NCBI GenBank assembly: GCA_036881905.1
Contig: JBAJNN010000003.1
Coordinates: 27,448 to 91,447, forward strand
Source of the DNA: Hyphomicrobiales bacterium
GTDB taxonomy: Bacteria > Pseudomonadota > Alphaproteobacteria > Rhizobiales > Im1
Direction of reading: 5' to 3'
DNA: 64,000 nucleotides
Of this stretch, positions 1-9,024 are shown one piece after another; positions within the stretch are counted from its first letter, which is position 1; the number at the start of each line of letters is the position of its first letter. The position numbers were made by a program, and so were the translations under genes. The notes under the pieces were generated by a model. It ran no database searches. It was not told the origin of the DNA and saw nothing but the letters and a program-made list of their open reading frames with translations.

Positions 1-1
1 A

Positions 2-526
2 AAAACAATTATCCAGAGGATATGCTTTTTTAAAATCCAACCTCTCGATAGTAGCGCCGTCATGTACTCAGGCAGCAAACTGAACTATTTGGTTTGTGTT
101 TTTATAAATGCCGCGATGGCCGAGCATCCCTTGTACTTCTGGACCGATAAGCTGGTTCACGAGGCCGCCCATCAAATGTTGCTTGCAATCATGCTTGAGG
201 AGGAGGTTGTGCTCAATCCGGATCGTGAACGTTACAAATCGCCCTTGCGAACCGAGGGGCGCACTTTAACCGGGATATACCATGCCGCGTTTGTCATATA
301 CAGAATCGTTCTTGCTTTTCATCACTTACTGCGCACATCCTGCTTATCCGATCGTGATCGCAAAGGGATCGAGCGCTCACTTTCAGACTATATCGTCAAA
401 TTCGATGCGGCCTATGAGGTCATACGGGCCAAAGGTCGGTTGACGGAATATGGATCCGCATTGATGGCGAGCTGTGAAAAAGCCGTGCGAAACTATGAGC
501 AAATGCATGATGCGACCCCTGTCTGA
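2..526 (+). CDS. HExxH-motif domain protein, 3' part (5' end outside the window). It resembles the HExxH peptide-modification family (aKG-HExxH-type peptide beta-hydroxylase-like).
   Basis: The frame is open from nt 2, with no stop before the listed Met at 62. It contains ...DKLVHEAAHQMLLAIMLEEE... (HExxH). The stop at 524-526 overlaps the start region of the next ORF. Confidence 0.5.
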   Translation, partial: KTIIQRICFFKIQPLDSSAVMYSGSKLNYLVCVFINAAMAEHPLYFWTDKLVHEAAHQMLLAIMLEEEVVLNPDRERYKSPLRTEGRTLTGIYHAAFVIYRIVLAFHHLLRTSCLSDRDRKGIERSLSDYIVKFDAAYEVIRAKGRLTEYGSALMASCEKAVRNYEQMHDATPV

Positions 527-899
527 AAAAGCAGAGGCTATGCTCAAGCGATTTTCTCCCGACGCATGCGAGCAGCTGGAACGCAAAGTAGGCCCGCTCG
601 CGCCGGAATTGGTTGACCGGTTGGTCCAGGCTCTTTACGACGATCTTTATCAAAGAAAAATATTGACGATCAGGGAGCGGCATATCGCAACCTTGTCGGC
701 CTTGGTCGCCATGGGCGACACGCAGCCGCAACTGCGGTTTCAAATGTTGGCGGCGTTTCATCTGGGCTTTACACGTTCTGAAATTGAGGAAATTCTGATA
801 CAAAACTCGGTTTTTTCCGGTTTTTCAAGGGCAATGAACGCGGCTATTATTCTAAAGGAGGTTCATGACACTTATACGGCGTTAGAAAAGGAAGACTGA
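507..899 (+). CDS. Carboxymuconolactone decarboxylase (CMD/AhpD-like) family protein
   Basis: ...LTIRERHIATLSALVAMGDTQPQLRFQMLAAFHLGFTRSEIEEILIQNSVFSGFSRAMNA... is a typical CMD-domain pattern. The start is uncertain: GTG 474, or ATG 495, 507 or 510. Confidence 0.6.
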   Translation: MMRPLSEKAEAMLKRFSPDACEQLERKVGPLAPELVDRLVQALYDDLYQRKILTIRERHIATLSALVAMGDTQPQLRFQMLAAFHLGFTRSEIEEILIQNSVFSGFSRAMNAAIILKEVHDTYTALEKED

Positions 900-900
900 A

Positions 901-2147
901 ATGGAGAGGCTTCCGGTTAAATTTTATCGGGTGCAATGTCTTTATCTCTTCTTGTCCGCCGCTCCCGATTCATTCTACCTCTATATGACACGATTTTTCA
1001 CTGAAAACAATATTTCTGAAACTTACCTTGGAACAAGTTTAAGCCTGGCTTCGGTTGCAAGTTTTAGTCAATTATTGTTGAGTTCCTTATTAAATTTATC
1101 GGGGAAGGAAAGATTCTTTAGCATTGCGTTTCCTTGCGCGGCGGCGTTTATGATCTGCGGCGCCGCTGTTATGAATCATGGGCAATCGCCGCGGGGCTGT
1201 TGACGGTTACGGCATGTTGGCTTGCCGCCGGCGGGGTCTTTGCCGCGATGGCAAGCGTTACGCTGGTTCCACGGCTTGTGGCCGACGACCGGGCCAAAAC
1301 GGCGTTTTCGCAAAAAACCGCCATATTTTCCCTTAAAGCCGTGATTGGGCCGATGCTCGGCGGGTTTGTCATATCCATGTTCGGGGGACGGTTTTTTCTG
1401 GGTTTCGTTGGAGTCGGCCTTTCTCTCATAAGTTTAATCTTTATAAGAGAAAAATTTGCTTTTTCACCAACAAATCCGCGAACCGATGAAAAATCCGTCA
1501 ATGGCTTCAATCTGGTTTTTAAAATCAAAACCGAGCTTTGCGGTTCCATCATTTCCGTGGTCTTCAACCGTGTCTTCAATCCGTTCCTGATTTTAATTCT
1601 GCCCGTCCTCATCATGGGGCATTATAAAATGACGGCGTTTCAGGTCGGCCTGCTTCAGGCGACATTCGCCGCCGGCGTCCTCCTGGGCGGCGGCTTTGTC
1701 GTCGAGCGCGTGAACGCCCTGATCGGCATGCGCAACGCCATTGCGCTCGGCGGCGCGCTGATCGCTGTTGCAATCCTGGCCTATGCTTTGACGCCAACGC
1801 CGTTTTTCGCCCTGTATGGTCTGTATCAGTTCGTTGCCGGCATGGGGCTGGCTCTGTTCAACGTCAATGTCACCACGATCCGTTGCCTGGCGACGCCGTC
1901 TCCATACAGAACCAAAATGGAATCGGCCTTTCTTCTGATCTGCATGAGTTCCATACCGGCCGGCCTGTGGCTGTTCGGCCATGTGCTCGTGAGGGGAAGT
2001 CTTTTTATGGCGTTGAGTCTGTGCGGCGTCATTCTTTTCCTCGCCGCTCTCGCCGTTCCCCATCTGTCGAAACTGGCCGTCATGGGGCAAGACGAGCTGG
2101 ATGGCGCCTATCGAAGATTTTACCCGGATGCGTTCGCCGGGCTCTAA
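901..2147 (+). pseudogene. MFS transporter split by a frameshift (ORFs 901..1203 and 1134..2147)
   Basis: ORF 901..1203 encodes N-terminal TM-like segments (..LGTSLSLASVASFSQLLLSSLL..AFPCAAAFMICGAAVMNH). The other frame continues with WAIAAGLLTVTACWLAAGGVFAAM... plus many more TM segments. Joined, this gives ~415 codons, a normal MFS length. The ATG at 901 abuts the CMD stop. Confidence 0.55.
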
Positions 2148-2241
2148 CGTGCTCTGGCCCGTATTTTGCCGAGGGCCGATTGACAAAATATCCCCGTTTT
2201 ATAAAAGATGAATTGATTCCTGTTACCGAAGATGACCATCG

Positions 2242-3243
2242 ATGATTGCAACGCCCTATCTTCTCTTCCTCGGCAATGCGCCGGACATGCTCGCGGTCAA
2301 GGTCGCCAAGGGCATTCGCGACTGGCGGCCGGAATATGCTCTCGGCCAGTTGCGCCTTGAGGGATGCAAGGCCGATCTCGGCCTGCCCGATCTGACGATC
2401 GCCGAAGCGGCGCGGCGCGGCGTCAAGACGCTGGTGATCGGCGGCGCCAATCGCGGCGGGGTGATTTTACCGGCTTGGAAATCCGTCCTGCGCGAGGCTC
2501 TGGCCGCCGGAATCGACATCGCCTCCGGTCTGCATCATCTGTTGCGCGACGACGCCGATCTGACCGGCCTTGCAAAAAAGCATGGTCGCACCCTCCATGA
2601 TGTGCGGGCGCCCTCCATGTCCTATCCCGTCGCCAACGGCAAAAAACGCCGCGGCAAAAGAATGCTCGCCGTCGGCACCGATTGCTCGGTCGGCAAGATG
2701 TATACCGGGCTTTGCCTGGAAAAGGCCATGCGCGAGAAGGGGCTGAAAGCGCATTTTCGCGCCACCGGTCAGACCGGCATTCTGATTACCGGCTCCGGCG
2801 TGCCGCTCGATGCGGTCATCGCCGATTTCATGGCCGGAGCGGTCGAAACCCTGACCCCCGATAACGACCCCGATCACTGGTACATTATCGAAGGGCAGGG
2901 AAGCTTGTTCCATGCCTCCTTTTCCGGCGTATCGCTGGCGTTGATCCACGGCGGTCAGCCGGATGCGCTGATTCTTTGTCATGTGCCGGACCGTGGGCAT
3001 ATGCGCGGCCTGCCGGATTATCCCCTGCCGAGTCTGGAGGCCTTGAGGGACATTGCGCTTAAGCTTGCCCATATGGTTAATCCGGCCTGCAAGGCGGTCG
3101 GCGTCTCGCTCAATACTTCCGCGCTCGACGAAGACGCCGCGCTGACGTGGTGTCGCGACATCGAGGCGCGGTTGAATCTCCCCACGCTTGATCCCGTCCG
3201 CCACGGGGCGCACAGGCTGGCCGAAGCCCTGGAGGCGTTATGA
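2242..3243 (+). CDS. dgcN: DUF1611-family N-acetyltransferase, DgcN-like (D-glutamate N-acetyltransferase)
   Basis: N-terminus MIATPYLLFLGNAPDMLAVKVAKGIRDWRPEYALGQLRLEGC and ...AVGTDCSVGKMYT... match my memory of DgcN/DUF1611. The stop overlaps the next start (ATGA at 3240-3243). Confidence 0.65.
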   Translation: MIATPYLLFLGNAPDMLAVKVAKGIRDWRPEYALGQLRLEGCKADLGLPDLTIAEAARRGVKTLVIGGANRGGVILPAWKSVLREALAAGIDIASGLHHLLRDDADLTGLAKKHGRTLHDVRAPSMSYPVANGKKRRGKRMLAVGTDCSVGKMYTGLCLEKAMREKGLKAHFRATGQTGILITGSGVPLDAVIADFMAGAVETLTPDNDPDHWYIIEGQGSLFHASFSGVSLALIHGGQPDALILCHVPDRGHMRGLPDYPLPSLEALRDIALKLAHMVNPACKAVGVSLNTSALDEDAALTWCRDIEARLNLPTLDPVRHGAHRLAEALEAL

Positions 3244-4223
3244 GCGGCATGACGATTAAGGCTTTTGAAGAGCGCTTCCCCGTTGCCGGTCGCTTTACCA
3301 TTTCGCGCGAAAGCCGAACCGAAATTCGCGCGGTCACGGTGGAGCTTCACGATGGCGAGGCGAGCGGGCGCGGCGAATGCATCCCCTATGCCCGCTATGG
3401 CGAAACCGTCGAGGGGGTCATCGAGGCCATTCACGACCTTAAAACGGATCTGGCGAACGGGCTTGACCGGGCCCGATTGCAATCGCGCTTGCCGGCGGGG
3501 GCGGCGCGCAATGGCGTCGATTGCGCATTTTGGGACCTTGAGGCCAAACGCGCGGGCAAGCCGGTCTGGTCCCTTGCCGGGTTGCAAAAGCCGCTGCCGG
3601 TAACCACCGCCTACACCATCTCGCTGGCGCCGCCGGAGAAGATGGCGCGTCAGGCGATGAAAAACGCCGCGCGACCGCTCCTCAAGGTCAAGCTCGGCCA
3701 TGAGGGCGATCTGGAGCGCATCGAGGCGGTGAGGGGCGCATGTCGATCGACCATCATCGTCGACGCCAATGAGGACTGGAGCGTCGAGCAGTATCTCGAA
3801 CTGGCGCCGCAATTGCTTAAACTGGGCGTCGCCATGGTCGAGCAGCCTGTGCCCGCCGCCTGCGACGACGTATTGGCCGATATAGAGCGGCCATTGCCGA
3901 TCTCAGCCGATGAAAGCTGTCATGATCGCGCTTCGCTGGCCCAGCTTGGCGGCAAATACGATCTGGTCAATATCAAGCTGGACAAGACTGGCGGGTTGAC
4001 CGAGGCTTTGGCCATGAAGCGCCAAGCCGCGCGGGCCGGTTTCGCGATCATGGTCGGCTCGATGCTTTCGACCTCGCTGGCTATGGCGCCGGCCCTTCTG
4101 GTTGCGCAAAATGCCGATTATGTTGATCTCGACGGCCCGTTGCTTTTAGCCCGCGACCGCGCCGACGGGCTGAACTACCGCGGATCGCTCATCGATCCGC
4201 CATCGCAAAAGCTTTGGGGGTGA
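3240..4223 (+). CDS. dgcA: Enolase-superfamily dipeptide-epimerase-like protein, DgcA-like (N-acetyl-D-Glu racemase)
   Basis: ...VTVELHDGEASGRGECIPYARYGETVEGV..., ...IIVDANEDWS..., ...KLDKTGGLTEAL... are typical MR/MLE-family motifs. It is coupled to dgcN. Confidence 0.6.
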   Translation: MSGMTIKAFEERFPVAGRFTISRESRTEIRAVTVELHDGEASGRGECIPYARYGETVEGVIEAIHDLKTDLANGLDRARLQSRLPAGAARNGVDCAFWDLEAKRAGKPVWSLAGLQKPLPVTTAYTISLAPPEKMARQAMKNAARPLLKVKLGHEGDLERIEAVRGACRSTIIVDANEDWSVEQYLELAPQLLKLGVAMVEQPVPAACDDVLADIERPLPISADESCHDRASLAQLGGKYDLVNIKLDKTGGLTEALAMKRQAARAGFAIMVGSMLSTSLAMAPALLVAQNADYVDLDGPLLLARDRADGLNYRGSLIDPPSQKLWG

Positions 4224-4227
4224 CTGC

Positions 4228-5082
4228 ATGCGCGTCGTTTACGTCAATGGTGATTATTTGCCGGAAAACCAGGCGAAAATCTCGATTTTCGACCGCGGTT
4301 TCCTGTTTGCCGACGCAGTCTATGAGGTGGTGTCGGTTCTTGAGGGTAAACTCGTCGATTTCCCCGGTCATATGGCGCGTCTGCGTCGTTCGTTGCAGGA
4401 ACTCTCCATGAGCTTGCCGCTCAGTGATAAAGATTTGCTCGCCATTCATCGGAAACTGGTGGCATTGAACGCGCTCGATGAAGGGCTGGTCTATCTTCAA
4501 GTCTCGCGCGGCGCAGCCGATCGCGATTTCCTGTTCCTCGAGGAGGGGCTGGAGCCGACAGTGGTGCTGTTCACCCAAGCGAGGAAGATTATCGACGCCG
4601 CGCTCGCCGCGCGGGGTCAGCGTATCATGACCGTTCTCGACCATAGATGGCGACGCTGCGACATCAAAACGGTGCAGCTGCTCTACCCTTCCTTGGCCAA
4701 GACGCTCGCCAATCGGCAGGGCGCCGATGATGTGTGGATGGTGCTGGACGGTTTTGTCACCGAAGGATCGTCGAACAACGCCTTTATCGTGCCTGACAGC
4801 AACAAAATCGTAACCCGCGATCTTTCCAACGAGATTCTCCATGGGGTTACGCGCCGTGCGGTCTTGAAATGCGCGCGCGAGCTTGGCATCAAGGTGGAAG
4901 AGCGCAAATTTACCGTCGAGGACGCCAAGACGGCGAGGGAGGCGTTTTCGACCTCGGCGACCGGCTTCGTCTGCCCGGTCGTACAAATCGACGACGCCAT
5001 GATCGGCGACGGATCTCCCGGCCTGATCGCCTCCCAACTTCGTCAAATTTATATCGATGAAAGCCGCGCCGCGGCGCTGTAA
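4228..5082 (+). CDS. dat: D-amino-acid (class IV, fold-type IV PLP) aminotransferase
   Basis: MRVVYVNGDYLPENQAKISIFDRGFLFADAVYEVVSVLEGKLVDFPGHMARLRRSL... is a classic class-IV aminotransferase N-terminus. It starts 4 nt after dgcA ends. Confidence 0.7.
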   Translation: MRVVYVNGDYLPENQAKISIFDRGFLFADAVYEVVSVLEGKLVDFPGHMARLRRSLQELSMSLPLSDKDLLAIHRKLVALNALDEGLVYLQVSRGAADRDFLFLEEGLEPTVVLFTQARKIIDAALAARGQRIMTVLDHRWRRCDIKTVQLLYPSLAKTLANRQGADDVWMVLDGFVTEGSSNNAFIVPDSNKIVTRDLSNEILHGVTRRAVLKCARELGIKVEERKFTVEDAKTAREAFSTSATGFVCPVVQIDDAMIGDGSPGLIASQLRQIYIDESRAAAL

Positions 5083-5298
5083 GTGACCTGAATGCGTAAT
5101 GGAAAAGTGAAGGGGCGGGTTTTGGCTTTTGGTCGGAATGGATGGTGAGTCCAGTTGAGCGAACAGTACGCCCACATCGCGCGCCATGTTGACGAGGGCG
5201 GGATCGTCGGAGAGCTTGCAATGACGGGAGCGAGGTGATCGCCTATAAGATTGCCATGGGTGAGGGGGACGAGCTTTTGCCGATTGCGACCCTTGCCG

Positions 5299-6585
5299 CT
5301 AGAATTTGTAGCGTTTTTTAACATGGGCGAATTGCCAGAGGTTGAGGGCCATTATCGAAAGCCCGGTCGAAATGGCCGCGCCCAGCAAACCATAAAAGGG
5401 AACCAGGGCAAGATTGCCGAAGAAATTCAGCACGCATGCGGTAAGGACGGACCAAGCGATCAACGCCGCCCCGCCGTTGATGAACATCACATTGGTGCAT
5501 GGGCCGATCATGGCGCTCGACAATTTCCCCAATGCGAGGAAAATGATGATGGAGAGGAAAATGCTCTTCCTCGGGATGGCGACCCACTGCGGCGCGAACG
5601 CGAAAACCAGCAAGAGAATCCCGAGGGCGAACACTGCCCATAGGGTCGATAGCGTTCTGGATAAATTGAACAGGTTTTTTGCATCCGGGCTTCGTTTTTC
5701 CTGGATGGATTTGGCGAAATCCGGAACGAAAATGGCGTTCACCGCCGATTTTCCAATGGCAATAAGCCCGACAATCGCCGTTATGATACCGTATTGGCCG
5801 ATTGCGGCGTCATTGACATAATAGTGCAGGATCAGGACGTCTTCGCTCAACATCAACGTATTCAGACCGGAAATCGCCAGAACCAGCATATGCTCGCGTT
5901 TTAGATTGAATCTGGTTTTTATAGCTGGATTTTCAAATAAATATGTTAATTTATATCCATGGTTTTTAATAAAAAAATTCAAAATTATTAAAATAATTAG
6001 TAAATATAATAATTGTCCATATAAAAAAGATTTGGATGGATAAATATTACCAATATAAAACATGGACACCGTAATGCCGACAGTCAGAACAGGTCGGATA
6101 ATACCCTGCATCAACCGGCTCCATATGACCTTTCGATACCCCTCCAGAGTCGCTAAAAAGAGCGAAGAAAGAATCCCCACAGCGGAAACCGGGCAAGCCA
6201 TTTTCAGGATAAAGGGGACGTCTCTACCGAACAAAGAGAGCGCAATCCATACCAAAACGCAAAAGGCAAGCAAAAGCAGCTGTGTCGAAAAAATGGCAAA
6301 GCCAAGCTGGACAATGTTTTCCGGGTCTTTTGCGATATTCCTGGTCAAGATTGCCGGCCATCCCAATGAAAAAACCATGGTCGGAATGGCGGCATAGGAC
6401 CACAGAATCGTTAATTGCCCCAGAGCGGCATGCGAGATCGACTCCGCAATCGCTATATTTCTGACATTGACCAATATTACGCCGCAGATATTGATCGCTA
6501 TAAGGAGCAATGCAGAGTTTCTAAACGACATATTTTTAGGGGCATTGGGCCGGTATTTCCAATCTCTGAAGGGTAAAACGTTCAT
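5299..6585 (-). CDS. Polytopic membrane protein, MOP/Wzx-type flippase/exporter family (polysaccharide-biosynthesis-protein-like)
   Basis: 428 aa, hydrophobic throughout with roughly 12 or more TM-like segments. It is the last gene of the minus-strand operon and contains an extremely AT-rich stretch (5941-6060). Confidence 0.5.
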   Translation of the reverse strand: MNVLPFRDWKYRPNAPKNMSFRNSALLLIAINICGVILVNVRNIAIAESISHAALGQLTILWSYAAIPTMVFSLGWPAILTRNIAKDPENIVQLGFAIFSTQLLLLAFCVLVWIALSLFGRDVPFILKMACPVSAVGILSSLFLATLEGYRKVIWSRLMQGIIRPVLTVGITVSMFYIGNIYPSKSFLYGQLLYLLIILIILNFFIKNHGYKLTYLFENPAIKTRFNLKREHMLVLAISGLNTLMLSEDVLILHYYVNDAAIGQYGIITAIVGLIAIGKSAVNAIFVPDFAKSIQEKRSPDAKNLFNLSRTLSTLWAVFALGILLLVFAFAPQWVAIPRKSIFLSIIIFLALGKLSSAMIGPCTNVMFINGGAALIAWSVLTACVLNFFGNLALVPFYGLLGAAISTGLSIMALNLWQFAHVKKRYKF

Positions 6586-6597
6586 CGGACCCGGTTC

Positions 6598-7479
6598 TCA
6601 ATCATTATGCTTTGCAGTTTCGCCATCGCCCGTATTATGGAGTATCGCACATGGGGCTTCCCATAAATCAGGGTAGGCCGGCATGGCGCTTTGCCGGCGC
6701 ACCCTTCCATCACTCGAGATGATGACGCCACCCGCCGGCGTATTCATTGCGATGTAGGTCTGCTTCTTGCCGATGAGCCTGCCATAGGCGGCGAAAGGTT
6801 GCGAATTTCGGTCTCCAGCGCCGATCTCAGGCCAACCGAAGGCGAAAAGATAAATCATGTCATCGTGCTCCGACGGCAAAGCGAGCATGTCTTGGGTGCG
6901 ATCGTCGATAATGGCCGGCGTCAGAAAAACGCCGAGTCCGGTTCGGGTGCAATGGAGACAGATATGCTGGCCGATTCGGCCCAGAGCCAGCAATCCGTCG
7001 CAATAGCTGGCCGGAGCATCGCAATCCGCCTTAACGCACAGCCACAAAACTGCTCCGGCTTTTCGCAACGGAAACTGCCCGATGCTGTTGGCGACGACTT
7101 GTTCCCGCTCCAGTTCCCCCTGTCTCTCCAGGGGTCCAGGGCCCGTTCGCGAAATATCATACAGGGTGCCGACATCCCCCTGAAACTTGGCGATCCGCGC
7201 AGAAATGGCGGGCCGGGTGAATTCTGCCGATTTTGCCACGGCCTTTACAAGATTGCCGAACACGTCACGGGACAAAGGTTCATCGCGGAAATTCCGCGTC
7301 GTGCGCCTCTTCATCGATACCGATCTGAGTTCGGCCAGTGGTGGCGTTTTTGCTGACAGTCGCCTGTTGTCCGGCGCATTTTCGTCGGAAATATCGGTGC
7401 CGCAGGCTCGGATATTGAGCCAGGCGAGCAGGCTCATATACCAGTTCGACCGGCACCATTGTTCGATATGCGCTTCCAT
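6598..7479 (-). CDS. Nitroreductase-family / SagB-like oxidoreductase (putative)
   Basis: ...PPLAELRSVSMKRRTTRNFRDEPLSRDVFGNLV... is the nitroreductase N-terminal RRS-x-R-x-F signature. The start is uncertain (TTG 7488, ATG 7479, 7437 or 7314). The N-terminal region overlaps the preceding ORF out of frame. Confidence 0.5.
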   Translation of the reverse strand: MEAHIEQWCRSNWYMSLLAWLNIRACGTDISDENAPDNRRLSAKTPPLAELRSVSMKRRTTRNFRDEPLSRDVFGNLVKAVAKSAEFTRPAISARIAKFQGDVGTLYDISRTGPGPLERQGELEREQVVANSIGQFPLRKAGAVLWLCVKADCDAPASYCDGLLALGRIGQHICLHCTRTGLGVFLTPAIIDDRTQDMLALPSEHDDMIYLFAFGWPEIGAGDRNSQPFAAYGRLIGKKQTYIAMNTPAGGVIISSDGRVRRQSAMPAYPDLWEAPCAILHNTGDGETAKHND

Positions 7480-8275
7480 ATCGCGCAATGTCGGCCAGGG
7501 TGCGGGTGGTTGTTGCTGTTGTCGAGCCGAAAGCCCGATTATGCCGGAACAGGCAATACAGTGCGATCAAGGGATCATCGATTGGCGTTACCTTAGGTTC
7601 GGCGAGGCCCTTGATATGGACCAGCTCGACGATCCGCCCGATGGGGCTTAAGGGACCTGTCTTAATTGTGGTCCGCATCTCATTTACTGACATGGGTTTT
7701 TTGGTCAAGCGGCCATTGTGTTTGCCGCAACGGACCAGAGGCGCGCGCAGGAGCGGCCAAGCCATTTTCGACCAATTCTCGATCGCCGAAGTTTCGTCGG
7801 ATAAGAGACGCCACCCGCTCCTTTGGCAGAGATGCAAAGATACCGTTGTCTTGCCGCTTTCTCTTTCCCCCAATAGCAAAGTTGCACGCCCGGTATCGGG
7901 GTTGAACACGCATCCGCCATGCAAGGCGCTGTAGCGATCGCGCAGCTGAGGCAAGCAATAGGGAAGGAGCACCGGGTCTGGGTGACGCCACTTCGCCCAG
8001 CGCCCGCCCCAGTTGCGGATGTCAACGCCGAGATCCTGGCACCGCCCGGGCGGCTGGCAGCGAAAGAGATAACGAAAGCGGTCCTTTTCAAGGGGCTCTC
8101 TCAGCCGCACGATAAAGTCCGGGGAGCGCTCCTCCGGCGGTCTTCTGTGGATATAGAGGTGATGGTCGATATGGGCCTTGGTCCGACGGCAGGCGCTCTC
8201 AAGCTGTACCCGCAAACCAAGAGTGTCGAAATGGGATATATCCGAATCGACGTTTTTGCCGACAGCCTGCTTCAT
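7280..8275 (-). CDS. HPr-kinase-related (HprK C-terminal-domain-like) P-loop kinase
   Basis: ...GRATLLLGERESGKTTVSLHLCQRSGWRLLSDETSAI... is a P-loop followed by the acidic segment seen in HprK-like kinases. The ATG at 8275 overlaps the upstream stop (ATGA). The C-terminal ~40 aa look non-native (R/K/Q-rich tail). Confidence 0.5.
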   Translation of the reverse strand: MKQAVGKNVDSDISHFDTLGLRVQLESACRRTKAHIDHHLYIHRRPPEERSPDFIVRLREPLEKDRFRYLFRCQPPGRCQDLGVDIRNWGGRWAKWRHPDPVLLPYCLPQLRDRYSALHGGCVFNPDTGRATLLLGERESGKTTVSLHLCQRSGWRLLSDETSAIENWSKMAWPLLRAPLVRCGKHNGRLTKKPMSVNEMRTTIKTGPLSPIGRIVELVHIKGLAEPKVTPIDDPLIALYCLFRHNRAFGSTTATTTRTLADIARYGSAYRTMVPVELVYEPARLAQYPSLRHRYFRRKCAGQQATVSKNATTGRTQIGIDEEAHDAEFPR

Positions 8276-8937
8276 CGGACCATTTCCATCTGACGCCGGG
8301 TTTCTTCAGGATCGCGAAACGAAAATGTCATATTCATTCGCATGCGACTTGGGTGTGAGAGATCGAAATGGGGCCGGTTGGATTTATGGAAGATCGACGG
8401 ATTGAACAGGATCGCCCGGTTGAACCGGTAAGGTATGACCACCGGCGCCTGCCTAGCATGTTCCCCGACATAGGCCCTAGACGCCTCTCCCGATGCCAGA
8501 TACGCGCTGAACGGCATATCAGCGGGCCGCCGCGCATCGTAAAGCACCAACCCGCCGGTCTCACGGTCGAGATTATACCGATCGGGCGTCAACCAATAGG
8601 TGATCGTCAAATCGCCGAAATCGGCATGGACGTTGCCGTCGGTATTTTTCGCATATAAAAGCGCCCAGTACTCCGCCAGACGGTATTGACGGCCGAAATT
8701 TCTCCTTATTGGCGTTTCCAGGGCCTCAACAACCCTCACCGCCATATCCGTTTTCGGCCTTGTATTATGCAAATGCTTTGAGATGGGATTTTTAAGTCTC
8801 CACATCTGGTTGCGAATCAACTCGTCCTGAAGACGAATCGCACCCTGCCGCGTCATGAAATCGTCAATGACGACGTGTGAATCGCCTGATTTCCAGTATT
8901 CACGCGACACCTTGTTCCAATCGATATGCTCAAACAT
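8272..8937 (-). CDS. 2OG-Fe(II) oxygenase (prolyl-4-hydroxylase-like) family protein
   Basis: ...TDGNVHADFGDLTITYWLTPDRYNLDRETGGLVLYD... gives the HxD. ...PYRFNRAILFNPSIFHKSN... gives the distal His. This is the typical facial-triad layout. Confidence 0.55.
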   Translation of the reverse strand: MFEHIDWNKVSREYWKSGDSHVVIDDFMTRQGAIRLQDELIRNQMWRLKNPISKHLHNTRPKTDMAVRVVEALETPIRRNFGRQYRLAEYWALLYAKNTDGNVHADFGDLTITYWLTPDRYNLDRETGGLVLYDARRPADMPFSAYLASGEASRAYVGEHARQAPVVIPYRFNRAILFNPSIFHKSNRPHFDLSHPSRMRMNMTFSFRDPEETRRQMEMVR

Positions 8938-9024
8938 CGAAAGATTGCGGATGATAGCCGGTCACCATAGAGAAGTCACTCTTGCCCACGCTTCTCTCAA
9001 ATCAGCGCTCGGACCGGACCCATC

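Noticed and set aside
4189-5187. A 332-aa minus-strand ORF. Analogous antisense ORFs are 2467..3213, 3018..3812, 28020..28784, 40532..41476, 58080..59078, 11678..12583 and 12842..13621.
   Set aside because: Each is antisense to a gene with clear family motifs (dat, dgcN/dgcA, the response regulator, pcm, lptF, rplA, rplJ/rplL), and none has motifs of its own.
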